From contig NC_045696.1 in the NCBI RefSeq assembly GCF_009834535.1, positions 72,604,001 through 72,668,000 of the forward strand: DNA of 64,000 nt, given 5' to 3'. The position numbers were made by a program, and so were the translations under genes. This document shows positions 47,301-61,237 of this stretch, piece by piece. The notes below the pieces were generated by a model. The model did no database searches. It saw nothing but the letters and a program-made list of their open reading frames with translations, and had not been told where the DNA came from. Position 1 is the stretch's first letter. The number at the start of each line of letters is the position of its first letter. This stretch comes from Camelus ferus (Eukaryota).

Positions 47301-47929
47301 GAGAAACCACATCCCCACTGAAAACAAGCTGTATAGAGAGAAGAGTAAAAAATTTTAAAAGCACAAACCTAAAATTAAACTAACTGCAACTAAAAGGAAG
47401 AACCAGATTGTCTGCGCAAATGAAGAGTTTATTACTGTTGGCACAAACAAAGCTAAAATATTTTACATTTTAAAAAGACAGCAAAAACCGGGGACCATGT
47501 TGTGTGGATGGTAATCAACACACGGGGATTAAAAGCACAGAAACAGGGAGCATCCATGCTGTCAGGTGGAGATTAGACTCACTGACACTTGCTGTTACAA
47601 ACCTGAGAAGACGCGCTTCCCGATGCTGCACCAGCTGCTGCCCAGCCTGCTCCGGCACAGCCTCGCTCGGGAGAGCCCGTGGGTCTGTGGTGGTAAAGTC
47701 TGGTCCTGCTTCCTTCCTCGGAGCCACCTGTTTCTTTCTCTGTGATCCTTCTTGACTGGGAAGAAAAACTGTTTTGTCACTCGTTCCTGGCTCCATAGGA
47801 TTTTAGAGGGGTCTTCTTTCGCTCCCTCTTCATCATAAAAGTGAACTTGGCTTGAAATCTTTCCAGTAGGAAGACAGAAAAGTCAGAACAGTAATATCTT
47901 CACAATATAAGTAGCTTCAAAACCCTTTC

Positions 47930-48100
47930 CCACACTTTATCTCATCCAATACTATCCTATGAGGTGGCAGGGAAGGTGTTTCCAAGCCCATTTTGCAGAT
48001 GAAGACCCTGAGGCTCAGAGAGGTTAAGTGTTTTTCCTAAACTCACACAGCTGGTAAGTGAAGTCCAGGGCAAGACACAGACTCCCAATCTTGTACTTTT
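47930..48100 (-). mobile_element. MIR SINE
   Basis: CCTATGAGGTGGCAGG...CCCATTTTGCAGATGAAGACCCTGAGGCTCAGAGAGGTTAAGTG...TCACACAGCTGGTAAGTG. Confidence 0.8.
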
Positions 48101-48371
48101 CCCAGAACACATCAAATTTCATCACAATAAGCATATGCTGCTTTCTACAAAGAGCCTTGGAATAATATAGATGACAAAATGTGTTTTCTCAGTTCTGTTT
48201 CCTTGTGTGTATTGCTACTACTGCTTTACTTTCACATTTCAAAGTGATTTATTTACTACACATCTTCTTGAGAGACAAGTAATTGTGTTTTATATAAATT
48301 TTCATTTATATAATCATGGCTTTAGTTACATGCTACTTATGTGTCCTTGGGATCTCTCACTAGATGGATGA

Positions 48372-48432
<61 letters not shown>

Positions 48433-48477
48433 CAGACAGAGAGATAGATGGATAGCTAGCTAGATAGGTAGATAGAT
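48372..48477 (+). repeat. Compound (GATA)n/(GACA)n tetranucleotide microsatellite
   Basis: Long perfect ATAG run at ~48372-48431, then GACA units and degenerate GATA/GCTA units. Confidence 0.97.
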
Positions 48478-51400
48478 GCCAAACAGAGATTACAGCCATG
48501 GACTTTTTGGTATTGATACCAATATATTCATTTCTATTTGTTTCCTAGAGTAATGGTTTTACTTGATAGTATTTTGTGTTTTTCTCTATTCAAAACTTAT
48601 GCAAATTTTTAATGCCCACAGATTTTTTGAGGCAAAAATTTAGGAGGAATTCTTAACCACGTTACACCCAGTATCTTCCAATGATTTTAAAGTTTCACTA
48701 GAGGGCACTCCCACTTCATGACCAGGAGGCAGCAAGGACAAAGGACCACAGTGGTCTGGATGCTTAACTCGTTGTACGTACTATTTTGTTTTCTGTCTCA
48801 CTGTCTTCCTCTCTCTCACCCACTGTATAAAGAACAAAGTGAAATTATACAGGTCTTCCTTTAAACATATGAATAGAAATGAACTACACTGAAAAACTAG
48901 CAAACCTCTCCAACGGTGAATTATGGTTCACCTTGTGACATAGAACACATTATTTGAAATCTTCTGCATTGAAGTTTCGGTTGTCAACATAAGTAAGAAT
49001 ATAGTGTGAGATGTTAGCTTAGTACATCAAGAAATATTGGGTAACCTGAGGAGGAAAGCCAATGGTTGCCCAGCACTTATTTCCAGCTTGTAAGATCTTT
49101 ATCGTCACCTCTTCTGGTAAAATTTTGGGTAAACTCAAATTATAAAGATGTATGGGGTCAGGAAACAAGGAAATTAAAGAAAGATTCAAATGGACAATCA
49201 TACGAAATTGCTTTAGAGTAAATTAAACATTAGGCCCTGCTTTCTTGCTCATACACTTTTATGTATCAAAGACTCTGAAGATAGTTTTAAACACATATTT
49301 TAGCAAAACAATAAATAGAGCATTTCTTGTGGAAGGAAAATAAGGTATTTCAAAGTCAGAAGGAAAGTAACCTATTTGCCAAGTGTAGAACCCCACAGAG
49401 CCCTCAGGCTTGAAGTTTTAAACTGATCTCAACCCTTTGGGGGTTTGAATTTCTTTACTGTTGGCAAAACACAACTTCCTGCTTCAAAGAGAAATGGCAT
49501 TAAGAAAGCCTGTTACAGAGAGATTCAAAAGACTTCTTGGACACCAAATCACTTTTACAAAACACCATTTTGATGAGTTTAGTAAAAATTAATCAGAAAC
49601 ATATGGATTAAAATTTTCTTTAAAATTACATTGGTTTGTGAAATAAGGGAAAGGGGGCATAGTAAAATATGTTTCAGATTCTGCAAAGCCCCGAAATGTT
49701 TGAAAAGTGAGTTAAGATCTTGATGAGCCCAGAGAAGCAACCAGATTTTCCTTGTGTCCACTTGAACTTGGACCATTTGATTTAAATTTATATCAAAGGC
49801 AAAACAAACATTATGACTTTCTGCCATTACTATCCACAGAGGGAAATACACATTTGCTTCTCAACCATGGACTTATAAACTTCAATAGAAATGTGGGCTT
49901 ATGTGTTCATTTCACAATGATGCAAACTTAATTATTCATAGGACCTAAAACATTTCACATTGTTTGAATAGAAGGCAGTGCCTCTAAAGTCTAAGCTGAA
50001 GACTCCTTGGGAAATTTATCTCAAATAATGAATTACTGGAATTAAATTCTTCTCTAATAGCTCTAGAAGTAAAATATACCTGATAGAAACGACCTACAAT
50101 GACCATCATTGGGGAAAATTCTCACTATAATGGGTAATACCAGAACATCATTACTGCCAGTCACCAAACCAACCAAGAGCGAATTAAGCCTTAAACAAAC
50201 TGTATTTTAAAGAAATCTAAGGTGAACAGCAACGCAAGCATAGATAATTAGGAGTAGATGGCGGAAATCACTAGAAATTGATAAATCCTACTAACTTTTC
50301 CCCAATAGTTCAAGTAATCATTTAGGAATGTAGCACAATAAAAATAAAATTAAAGTTGGGACATAACTAATAGGTTTTTTAAGTCACAAAATACAAAGTT
50401 TCTCCCTCCTGCGAATAGATCGAGGGTTATAATAAGAAGTTGCCTTTATCTTTGGAAAAATACACATGTAATATATAAAAATTTTTTTACCCTTTTAATT
50501 GCTTAATAATCATTTGTAGCAAGATTAAGGAAATTTAGGAAGCCCTATCCTCAGAAATATTTCTAGTAAATGTTATATCCTTTCATACAACCAAATAAAA
50601 ATGTTTTCCCCAGGGAGTGTGGTGATGAACAATTGGTCTATAATCAAAAGGTTCTTGCCAGAAAGCATGTCCGACTTTCCTTTTAAACATGTACATGGAA
50701 AATAATACCAACTTCTCTCAAGCAATGGATTTAGCCCATTATCATGTGCAAATGTACCTGCCTATTAACTTACAGATTGGGCAGGTATTTTCCTAAGGTG
50801 CTGTATTTCTGTCCCAGGTCATAGCTTGAGTTATTCTCCCTTTCAAGGTCCCCAAAGCTTCATCTGTCACTCTTATTGTCAAATGTTCTATTTTTCCTTT
50901 CCCTGCCAGCAGTGATTTCAATTTGGGCTTGACTTCAAGACAGGCCACATTGTATCTGTGATGTCAATGGAAAGGGGATAAAAGTCATTAAAGATATTTG
51001 TTATTTTGAAAGGTTAAAAGAGTTTTTCTTGGTGGGTAACACTTTCTCTGGAAAGAACCTCAACTAATTGTCTGACCAGGGAATGGGCACCTAAGTGAGA
51101 AAAAATATACTTAATAAAGCATTGGCGTCTATTATTTTTCCCTTTTTATTGTCCAGTGCCTCTGGGCCTGGTGGGCTTTCTGGAGGCATCTGAGCTCGAT
51201 ATTCCTTCAAACAGCAGAGCAATGATTACACTGCTGGCTGATTCTCTTTCTGTCTGCCCTAGGTAAGGGATTCTTGCTTCAAACACCATTTATTGTAGAA
51301 ATTGTTGCTAGGGTTCTAGAAATTGTGTGTGTATCCTTAAAGAGTCCCCAGAAGAATTGGAGATTCACTTAAAATACTATTTTCTTGTGCTTGATACTCA

Positions 51401-52554
51401 CCTCGCCTAACATCTACTGCTCCACAGCAATAGAGTAAGAAATTTAGAACACTTTCTGAAAGACCAATGTACCCAAATTATTTGAGTTCTAAGAAAGGCA
51501 ACAATTATAAAAATGAACCCAAGAACAATAGACCAAACTTACATCAATGCACAACTTCCATCTGTGCGACACTTTAGGAGGAAGGAAAAAGATCCAATTT
51601 GTGACATTTACATTTGTGAGACTATGGGGTGGGGGTACCCACAAAACAAAAAGGCAACAGTTTTAGTTATATTAGATTTTGACTTGTTTTAAAAGACCCT
51701 CATGGATTAAGAGCAATCACAATGGAATAGGCTGACATTTGAGTGTGAAAGATAAGATTTTTTCTTGATATCGTTCACATGTGGATAGCAATGATTCTCT
51801 GACAGTCACCATTTTCTAAAACGTAGTTACCCGAACACATCTGAATAACACAAAAGAGAAAGGAACATTTTGATATGTTGAGGAAGTTGTTTTGACAAAT
51901 GTCAACGCCTGGGTCTTGCTGGCTGAGGCCTGTTGTTAACTTCCCAAGGCTGCATGCGTGCAATACAGCTTATGCCACTCTGTCAGGGGAAATTGGACAT
52001 ACCCAACACAATTTCATTTCCATTTCTCTACAACATTACAAGCTTCCTTGGCAGCAAAATCACATATTCTTATCACAAAAATAAATGAGAGAAAAGAAGA
52101 CATACATTCCTGTCAAGTTATGTCAAGACATATTTGGTATGTATTTCACTTCACTATCACTGACAGCAAAGATGTCACATATTCTTAATACAAAGTAAAA
52201 AAGTATTTTCCCTTTTTTCTCCTGCTAGGCATCAATTTCATTTTATTCACTTACACGCACCAGTGACAGGAAGGTGTCCTTTTAAAACAAAGCTTTAAAA
52301 AAAGCAAAAAAAAAAAAAAATAGTTTTTGTGTTTTGCTAGATTTCTGAATGGACATATTGTACATGAATTCAACTTGACAATATCGTAACAGTCACAATA
52401 ATAGTCATCTATCACCACTTTATTACCCATTTTCACAACACACATTCATTCTTCTGATTTACTTCTTTCCACGCTTGTGATGGGATCTGGGTTAAAATAA
52501 ATCATGGAGATGTTCATTTTGTGTTGAAGGTGCTAATGGAATAAGAAAGAAAAG

Positions 52555-52614
52555 AATGGAAAAAATGAAAGGAAGGACAGAAGGAAGGAAGGCAGGGAGG
52601 AAGGAAGGAAGGGA
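52555..52614 (+). repeat. Degenerate (GGAA)n tract
   Basis: GAAAGGAAGGACAGAAGGAAGGAAGGCAGGGAGGAAGGAAGGAAGGGAG. Confidence 0.8.
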
Positions 52615-55273
52615 GACATAAAAGAGAAATTAGTTACTTACTGGACAGTTCATATTGAATGATTAATTTTTGCCTTTTACTACATTATGTTCTACTTAAT
52701 TATGCTATTTTGATTAACGTGCATTAGACTTGAACTCATTGGAAGAATTTAGCTCCTTCTTTAGCTACCTTGATGGAAATGTGTGGAGCTCTTTCTTCTG
52801 AGAGTGAACACCCAAACCATACTCACTCGGCCAACACCAGGAAGGTAGGGGTTCCCCCAGCCAGCCTTACTCTGTCCTCTGGAGAAGCTGTCTCTGGGAA
52901 CCTTTGCTTATTGCCCTTTGGATGCCATTGGATTCAAATCTGCAACACTTATAAATCCACAGAATTTAAGGGCTGAGAGTTGTTTTCCAAACTGTTTAGT
53001 CAAACAGCCTCATTTTATAGCTTAGAAATGAAAACCTAGAGCAGTTGAGATCAAACAGTTTGTAATCAAGTTACACTTTAGAATTAGTACTTAATCTGAT
53101 GTAATGAAGGACCTTTCAAGATTTTTGTGTAAGGAAGTACTATGATAAAAGAGATGGGTGTACCTCACTGTTTTCTAGAGTTTTGAATTTCACAATTCAA
53201 AAAAGTTCTGAGAAATTCAGAGACCTCCAGATATGCACGCACACACAACTTAAAAAATGGGCGGAACCAAGTGCAGAGTTACACCTCTTTTCTTTTGTCA
53301 GCTAGAAAGAGAAGCAAATGGACACATACCACTGAATACACATTTACTAAAATTTTGTATGAGAACTTTTAAATACAAAAAATTTGTGAATTCAGAAACT
53401 TTTTCAGAACTAGAATTTCAGTCACTCCCTGGGGTGTTCTGATTCCTCAGGTCGGGGCTTAGGCCAAGTTTGGGGGAAACCACTGATTTATTCCACCCTG
53501 TCCTCCAAAGCAGGAAGCTTTCCCCTAATCTCAGAGAAACAATGGCGCAGACTCTGCTGGATGCCTGCTCCATTGAGGGCCCTTCCTCCTTGAAAGAGTT
53601 TCAAAAAAAAATCTGTGTCTGCAAAGAGCTGGAGGTTTGGGGTGCAAAGATGAGCACCACAGGGTCAGCTCATTTTCTTCACACATAAAAAGAGGATTAT
53701 AATCAGACATTCCTGTACCACAGGACTGCACTGAGGATTAAATGGGCATATAAATGGAAAAATGTCTGTGTGAACTATAAAACACTCTGCAAATATTAGT
53801 CACTGTTAAGTAGTATTCACACCTGACATTTGATTTACCAATTCTCTCAAGGATTGAATTAAAAACAAAATAAGGCCCCCCAACACCATACATGAGCACA
53901 AAAATTCATGCTAAATGGATATTTTGTCCTAGAAGGGACCTGAGGTGATTCTTTGGATTTTCCTCATTTTAACATTAAAATAACTGAATACCAGAGGGCC
54001 ATCTTGGAATCACAGAGCTATCCCCATCGGAAAGAAACATCACAATTGCCCCCCTCTCCTGATTGATGTTTATATGGTGGGGATAGAGGGCATTCCTTTC
54101 CTAAAAACACCAAAAGCACAAAAGAATTCAAGGCAGTCCTCATCGGTACCCACACTCACTGATACCTTCCGCATCAGGAGCATTGAATTCAACTTGTGTT
54201 AGAGCTAAAAAGTCCTTTAGACTTCATAGTCCAGCAACCTTATTTTATAGATGAGGAAACAGAGATCCTTTCAATAAGGAGGAGTGACCTGCTCAACACA
54301 GCACACACCTCCCAGGCCAGGGTTGTTTCTGAAACACCGCAATCAGGAGGGCTTATCCTGTAGTTTCTGTTCCACCTGCGGCTGCTCCTCATCGTACACA
54401 GACAACACGTACACAATCATATATTCATGTATCAAACATACAAAAACAGCAAGGTGGCACATGGTGATTCTGCCTCCTTCCCTCCAAGGACCAGGTACAT
54501 TCATTTGTTTCTTCCTTTGTTCATTCATTTACCGATTCATTCATTCAACAACCAAGCGATCCTCAAATATTTAGTGAACATCTACTATATACAAAGCACT
54601 GAGCTTGGGAAGGGAGAAAATAGGAAAAGCAAAGGCAGTACTGCAGAGAAGACTTACTTACTCATGTGGGAAATGAACTGTCACAGAAGGGTAAAGATCC
54701 AGCACAAAATGCAAGAATTAGAGCAAGACTGCCCATTTCAGTAATGCAAAGAATGATGTCGATGACCAGCAGAAAGTAAATTTACAGCAGCTTGAAAAAA
54801 GAAAGCTTGGTTAGAAGTAAGCATTCATTAAAAACAGTTGAACAAATAAGCAAGGAAAACCAGTTAATTAAGGAGGTGATACCAGGCTGTAGTCTGTCTT
54901 ATGCACCAATGCAGCGTCAGCACCTAGAAAACTGTCCTGCATGCAGTGGGTGTTCAATGAATATTTGTGAACTGAATGGTATTGGTGTAGGATGTCTCCT
55001 CCTAGAATGTGAGCCCTCTGTGCCTAACTTGGGATGGGAATTTAAACCTATAATTAGGTGAACCTGAGATGCCATATTTGTTAAATGTTTGACCCAGAGT
55101 TTTGGGCCTTCTTATCATGGCAGAATTTGAGGAGTGATTCCTATGTGATTTTATTCCTTCCAGAATGAACAGATGCCAATTTTTCAATGTTTCAATGTTT
55201 TAAAACTACTTTGCTGTTTTGGAAAAAAATGAGTCATTAAAAAGTAATAGGAACATATTTATAGGGCTGCACA

Positions 55274-55485
55274 TTTTTTCCTTTCACCTCAGGCTCCAAT
55301 AGGGTTTGGCATGGTACTGGCCTTTTCAAAATTTTGATATTTTGTTCATCATGGAATTTTTTGCATTAATCTTGATTTTTAAAAATATACATTAAAGCAA
55401 TATTTATTTTGATTATGAGTTTTTTGCCTCCTCCCTTAAATTCTGTGCCTGAAGCTAGTGTCTTGCTTGCCTTAAGCTAATCCTA
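55274..55485. mobile_element. MER96B-like hAT DNA transposon fragment
   Basis: TTTTTCCTTTCACCTCAGGCTCCAATAGGG...AAAATTTTGATATTTTGTTCATCATGGA.TTTTTTGCATTAAT...CCCTTAAATTCTGTGCCTGA matches my recollection of MER96B. Confidence 0.7.
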
Positions 55486-55714
55486 ACCTGAAGAACAACC
55501 TCTTCCACGTGCTTCCCTGCAGCCTTGCCTGAGCTGCTTTATACCATGGGGTCGGGTAAATCCACCTTAGGAGAACCTGGAGACTGAAGGACGTGGAGAG
55601 GCCAATGGATGGGCCTGAAAATTTGGGAAATCTCATACCTTTAACAGTCAAGTTGCATTTCAAATGCATTAGAGTAAATTCTAAAGGTGAATTTATTAAT
55701 GTGCATTAAAAAAA

Positions 55715-56446
55715 GTTATTGATGTATAGTCAATTTACAATGTTGTATAAGTTTTAGCAGAGTGATTCAGTTATAAGTGTGTGTGTATTCTTTTTCATAT
55801 TCTTTTCCATTATGGTTTATTACAGGATATTGAATATAGTTCACTGTGCTGTACAGTAGGACCTTGTTGTTTATTTTATATACAGTAATTTATGTATGAT
55901 AATCCCAGACTCCTAAATTGTCCCTCCCCCACCCCTTCTCCCCTTTGGTAACCACAGTTTGTTTTCTATGTTTGTGAGCTTGTTTCTGTTTTGTAAATAA
56001 GTTCATTTGTATCATATTTTAGATTCCACATATAAGTGATATCATATGGTATTTGTCTTTTTCTGTCTCACTTCACTTAGTATGATAATCTCTAGGTCTA
56101 TCCATGTTTCTGCAAATGGCATTATTTCATTCTTTTTATGGCTGAGTAATATTCATTCATATATATCTCATATCTTCTTTATCCAGTCATCTGTTGATGA
56201 CATTTAAGTTGCTTACATGTCTTGCCTAGTGTGAATAGTGCTCCTGTGAACATTGGGGAGCAGGTATCTTTTCAGATTAGAGTTTTCTCCAGATATATGC
56301 CCAGGAGTGGGATTGCTGGATCATGTGGCAACTCTATTTTTAGTTTTTTAAGGAACCTCCATAGTGTTCTCCATAGTGGCTGCACCAAACGACATTTCCA
56401 CCAAAAGTGTAGGAGGGCTCCCTTTTCTCCACACCCTCTCCAGCAT
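55715..56446 (-). mobile_element. Older 5'-truncated LINE-1 3' end (artiodactyl-type 3'UTR plus ORF2 tail)
   Basis: Collinear with, but clearly diverged from, copy A 13390-14123 (TTTAGATTCCACATAT.AGTGAT.TCATATGGTATTT; ATATATGCCCAGGAG.GGGATT.CTGG; TTTCTCCACA.CCTCTCCAGCA). Confidence 0.9.
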
Positions 56447-56819
56447 ACTATTATTATTTGGTTTTATATACTGTTTTTTACTCAAAACAAGGCACACATA
56501 TACCTCCTTGCTCAGTGTGACTATTATCTTCACTTTTCCCCCTCATTAATATAAGAGAGAAAGAATAAGGTGGGTACGAGATAGAAACTCACGAGTGGAC
56601 AATAAGAGGGAAAAATGGGAGTGTAATCTGTGAAAGTCTCAGAGATCAGAAACTCTGACATAAAAAAAGAGGCTTGGGACTGAGAGATCTGAGGATGGGA
56701 GAGCAAAGTGTTTAAAACTCAAGATTCAGAACCAGTTTAAAATTTTTCCATAATACAGTGGAATTTGTTATGGGCAGAAATAAATAGTTCCTTTTATAAG
56801 GTCTAAAACAAATATAACT

Positions 56820-57255
56820 GTGCAGGATAATTTTATTGTGTTTTTTAAACCAATTATAAAAGTATTGCATGCACATAGTTTATACAGTTAGAAAATATTA
56901 CATTAGAGAAGAAAATAAAAATCTCCCATAATCTTACCACCCAAAGATAGCCACTGTTAACATTTTAGTACATTTCTTTTCAGTCTTATTACTTACTATA
57001 TGTATTTGCTCTCACACTCTGTTTATTTAATATTATGTCTTGAGCATTTTCCCCACATCTTCAATAATATTAACATATATCATTTATAATAACTGCATAA
57101 TATTCCATCCTGTGGATTTACCAGGCCCCCTGTTGTTGGACATGCAGTTTATTTTCAAATATTGCCATTAAGGTAATTCTGTAATAAATAACTTTCCACG
57201 TATTTTATTGGCTGAATTTCTGTCCATTGGCTTAGGCTAGATTCCTAAAAGTAGA
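56820..57255 (-). mobile_element. Old L1ME-like 3' fragment
   Basis: CCCATAATCTTACCACCCAAAGATAGCCACTGTTAACATTTTAG...ATAACTGCATAATATTCCAT...CCTGTTGTTGGACAT...GATTCCTAAAAGTAGAA. Confidence 0.65.
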
Positions 57256-58069
57256 AAAACATTTTTTTAGTTTTGAAGAACAAGTTGAATTTTTAGCTCT
57301 GTTTTTATTTTTTATAGATATGACTTAAATGCCACTCCACACTTTATTATACATGCTCTCTACTGGTCTCTCTGCTGATTTTGTGTCTATGAGAAACACC
57401 AAGGCTATTATAATAATTGTATCAGTGGAAATGCTAATAGCTAATATTTCAATCAGAATTTTTTCTGGTCAAGTCAAATGTTCTATTTTTTTTTTTTTTG
57501 AATCAAGATTCTTTGGGTTATTCAGAGTTACCAAGAGTTTGCATGTTCTTCCTAATGCTTTATTTACTTTCTTACATTACGCTCATGATAATAAGTAGGA
57601 TGACTGGAAGACATACGGCCTTCTTTGTATTTTAACTCCTCAGATGCTGCTGGGTTAGCACGATTGGTGCTCTGGATGGGCTACATTTGAGGAAATGACC
57701 ATATTTCTTTTCCTTCCCAATTTTAGTTAGTCTGATATTTTTCAAAAAGTGATGATGTAGACAGATTTCCTAACACTCCCTCAAGCTACTGGTTCTTACT
57801 TTCATGAGCGACTACCCCAAGGCTCCTTAAGCTGCCCCTCGTCGACCACACACTCTCTCTTGTCACCGGGGCCTTTCCTCATACATGGCCCCAGGTGTCT
57901 GCAAAGTCCCCATGGGGCCAGATCCCTCAGGCCCATGAAGATCCATCCAAGAGCCAATTAGTTTAATGTAGTTGGGGAATGTTAAGACGCATCTTTGGGA
58001 CCACCCATGATTGGTTCCCTGACCTTCTCACCCCGCCAGCTCCTGAAAATAATCAATGTTAGTCCTTTT

Positions 58070-58230
58070 TTCAATACTTACCTGATGTCAGACTCTGTGC
58101 TGAACTCTTCACAAACATCATCTATTATATGCTCATAGCAACTTTATAAGTGGGTACTATTATTATTTCCATTTTACAGATAAGGAAACTGAGATCAAAA
58201 TATCCTACAGCTCAGACTCCGGAGCCCGCA
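58070..58230 (-). mobile_element. MIR SINE
   Basis: CTCATAGCAACTTTATAAGTGGGTACTATTATTATTTCCATTTTACAGATAAGGAAACTGAG...AGACTCCGGAGCCC. Confidence 0.75.
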
Positions 58231-59129
58231 CAGCCACTGTGCCTGGCAGCCCCCAAGCACATTCTCACAATGCACTTTCACTCTGTTGCTGGACAGGATC
58301 TCTTAGGTGCCTAATGACAAACTGAACTGACCTGACAGGATGAGAGGACCAAAGATCCTCACTTAGTCTTGGGGGCGCAAGAGTGAGGAGGAAGCAGACC
58401 AGCAACCATATGTCGAAGTGGAGCTCCTCTCTTCTCCTTCCTGAGTCTCTCCTACGTCTCAGAAACTTCACTGCCTCCCTCCACCTCCTCCTCCACCCCA
58501 GGAGCTTAGTGACCCCCTCCTGACTCTGCATTGCCCATAGTCCCCTTCCTCAGCAATTTAATGGCTGCAGCTCCTGCCAGAGTGCCTCACACTTGAACAA
58601 CCCCCTGGAGACTGAAGGGGACACCTCCTCTCTCACCTCCTCAGAGCCCCCTTCTGCCCAGACTAGTCTGCTCAGCTCAGTGTTACACAGTACACCTAAT
58701 AGTGCCATGGTAATTACATGTAACTGCTACTTCAGCCTTTAATCATCTCTGAAATTAAACTCGCTCAAACTGATTCAGGGAACCAGTGTGTGGTTGTAGA
58801 AAAACTCTAGATCAGAACACTGAAACCTGCTTCCTTGTCTTCCATCTGCCACGGAGTCAGCAGATGATTTGGGAGTGTCTGCTATGGACAGGTGGTCGTC
58901 TAGACAAAGAAAAGCTCACCAAAATGAGAAACATGGTTCCCAGTCAAGAAATTCCAATGGGGAGCCATGATAATATGGTCAAATAAACTAACTGGAGTCT
59001 CAATTTTAGCATCTGTAAAAGGATAACTAAGAATATTTTAATTGACACACAGACTGGTAGTCTCTTCCTATCCCATCTCCACCTCTGAAGGTATTCTACC
59101 TCTCAGCTGCCAGAAGATTGCTGGAGAAC

Positions 59130-59527
59130 ACAGTACTGACTGGGCCACCTCCTTATGTAAGATCTTCAGTGATGCTCTATCACCTTTGGGGTAAAACCCT
59201 GATTTGTTAGCCTGCTGTGCAAGACCCTTCATGGCCTGACACCTGCCTGCCCATCCTGCTTCAGCTCTTTCTGTTCCACGTGCCCCAGCATGCAACCAGC
59301 TCAACTTTTCCATGTTGTCTCCTGTCTTCTGTCTCCTCTCCTGGAAACCTTTGCAATCCCAAAGCCCACTCCTTTGGGCTCCCTCAGTGTCCTGAGCTTA
59401 TGTCTAACAGCACTTCTCACTCCATTAGTCTCCTCCACTTGACTATACGCTTTTGAAGATAGAGGCTGTGCCCATCACAGTGTCTAGCTCATAAGAGGTG
59501 CTTAATAAATGTTTGTTGAATGAATGG
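59130..59527 (+). mobile_element. L2 LINE 3' end
   Basis: CAAGACCCTTCATGGCCTGAC...CACAGTGTCTAGCTCATAAGAGGTGCTTAATAAATGTTTGTTGAATGAATG is the typical L2 terminus. Confidence 0.75.
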
Positions 59528-60511
59528 AGGGAAAAGCCCAAATGACTCTTAGGCTATATGGAGTGGTTGTATTTCAACAGCTTGATCTTCCCAGTGCCCC
59601 TTAAATAATCACACAGCAGAACTACTGTCTGTGTATGTCCAGTCCTCATGGTGGGAATTAAATGATTATCTCCAGGGCTCTTGCTGTCAAGGAAAGAAGC
59701 CTGTGATTACCTCTTCTCCTCGAAGGAGCATTTGACCTAGCACTGGACACCTCCTCAGCTACTATGGCTCGAAGATTGTCATCAAGTGTAAGTCCATAGG
59801 ATAAAGCCTTGAATGACCCAGCCAGGAATGACTCAGAATCTCAACACCTTTCCTATCTTGGCTCCAGCATACAATGCAGATGGCCAAGCCAGCAGGGATA
59901 GGCCAATATAATAGGCAGCTCAAGACAAAGGAGCCGGGAGGACTTGCTGGGGATTGGATTGGGATATAGGTGTCTTCAGAAAACCTCGAAGCTGCCTTTA
60001 GTTCTAGTTCCTTTCTCTCAGCCAACTCCAGGAATACAGGGTGAGTCCCAGTTTCCATAGTCCTTCCACTCCTACCACCAGCCCAATGCCTGGTCAGTTG
60101 ATTCTCCTGAGGGACCTTGGACCCAGATCTCTGCTTTTCTGATTAATTTCCAAGAGAGGATCTTTATCAGAAAAACAACCCACAAAACCACCCTTGGTTC
60201 CAGTCCCACTCTGGTCAATCCCACCAGCCTGTTAAGTTTTTTCTTTGAGAAATAGGAGTGTTCAAATGTGAATAAACTCATAGCTGAACTCTGTCCTGTC
60301 AGGTCAGTCACAAAAGCCATATCCAGTGGCAGTCCTTGGACTTTTTATCACCTGCCTATTATGGGCTATGCTAGCCTCTTAGTATGATCATCTGCCACAT
60401 TTATAAAAAGAAATAGAGGTGATTTAGAATAGGTTTTCTTTAAATCTTTTAATCTAATTTTAGAAGCTCTATTTTCCTTCCACTTACACGCCCTGTTCCA
60501 CTCCTGCACTT

Positions 60512-60517
60512 CCTCTC

Positions 60518-60549
<32 letters not shown>
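60512..60549 (+). repeat. Compound (CT)n(CA)n microsatellite
   Basis: CTCTCTCTCTCTCTCTCTCACACACACACACA. Confidence 0.9.
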
Positions 60550-60550
<1 letters not shown>

Positions 60551-61237
60551 CCCTAGGAGTCCCTTGACTATTTTCTACTGTAATATCTTTGTTTATGCTG
60601 ATCCACCTGCCTAGATTTACCTAAATCCAATTTCCCCTTCAAAACCAACTTCAGCCATTCTTCTTCCGTACTCTCATAGTACTTTCCTCCTATTTTGAAG
60701 TGGGATGTTCCTGGGTCTTTCTCCACTCTAGGTTCTAAGCTCCTTAGCGAAGAGCTCTGTCTCATCTGCACCTCTCTCAGCATCTGGCTCAGAGTGGACA
60801 CTTAGTAAACACTGACCAAGCCCAAGGCTTCCATGGAACTTTCCAGGCCCGTGGCAGCCCGTGCCGATTCCTCCCTTCTTCCACCTCCCATTGCACACAC
60901 TTCTCAGGACTGGGCAGTTTGATGCCTAAACTCTTCTCGAGTTGGTTCATGCTCTGTCAGTTCTGTTCTTGCAGTCAGATCCTCCAAGCTGGAGACACAT
61001 CATATATTCCTTCCTTCGCCCCCACAGTGCCTAGAAGTGCTGGATGGAGAGTCGTCCAAAGTAATTGGAAATTGTTTACTCTCTCAAAAAGGAAGGGCTG
61101 GTTGCAAATTGATCATGAACCACAGCAAAACAAAGGGATTTAATGAATTACATGGCCCCTGATTTCCTCAGGAAAACTGAGAAATACAATGGTATTATCC
61201 TGGTCAAACTTGATGGGTTTCAGTTTTCACAATTAAG

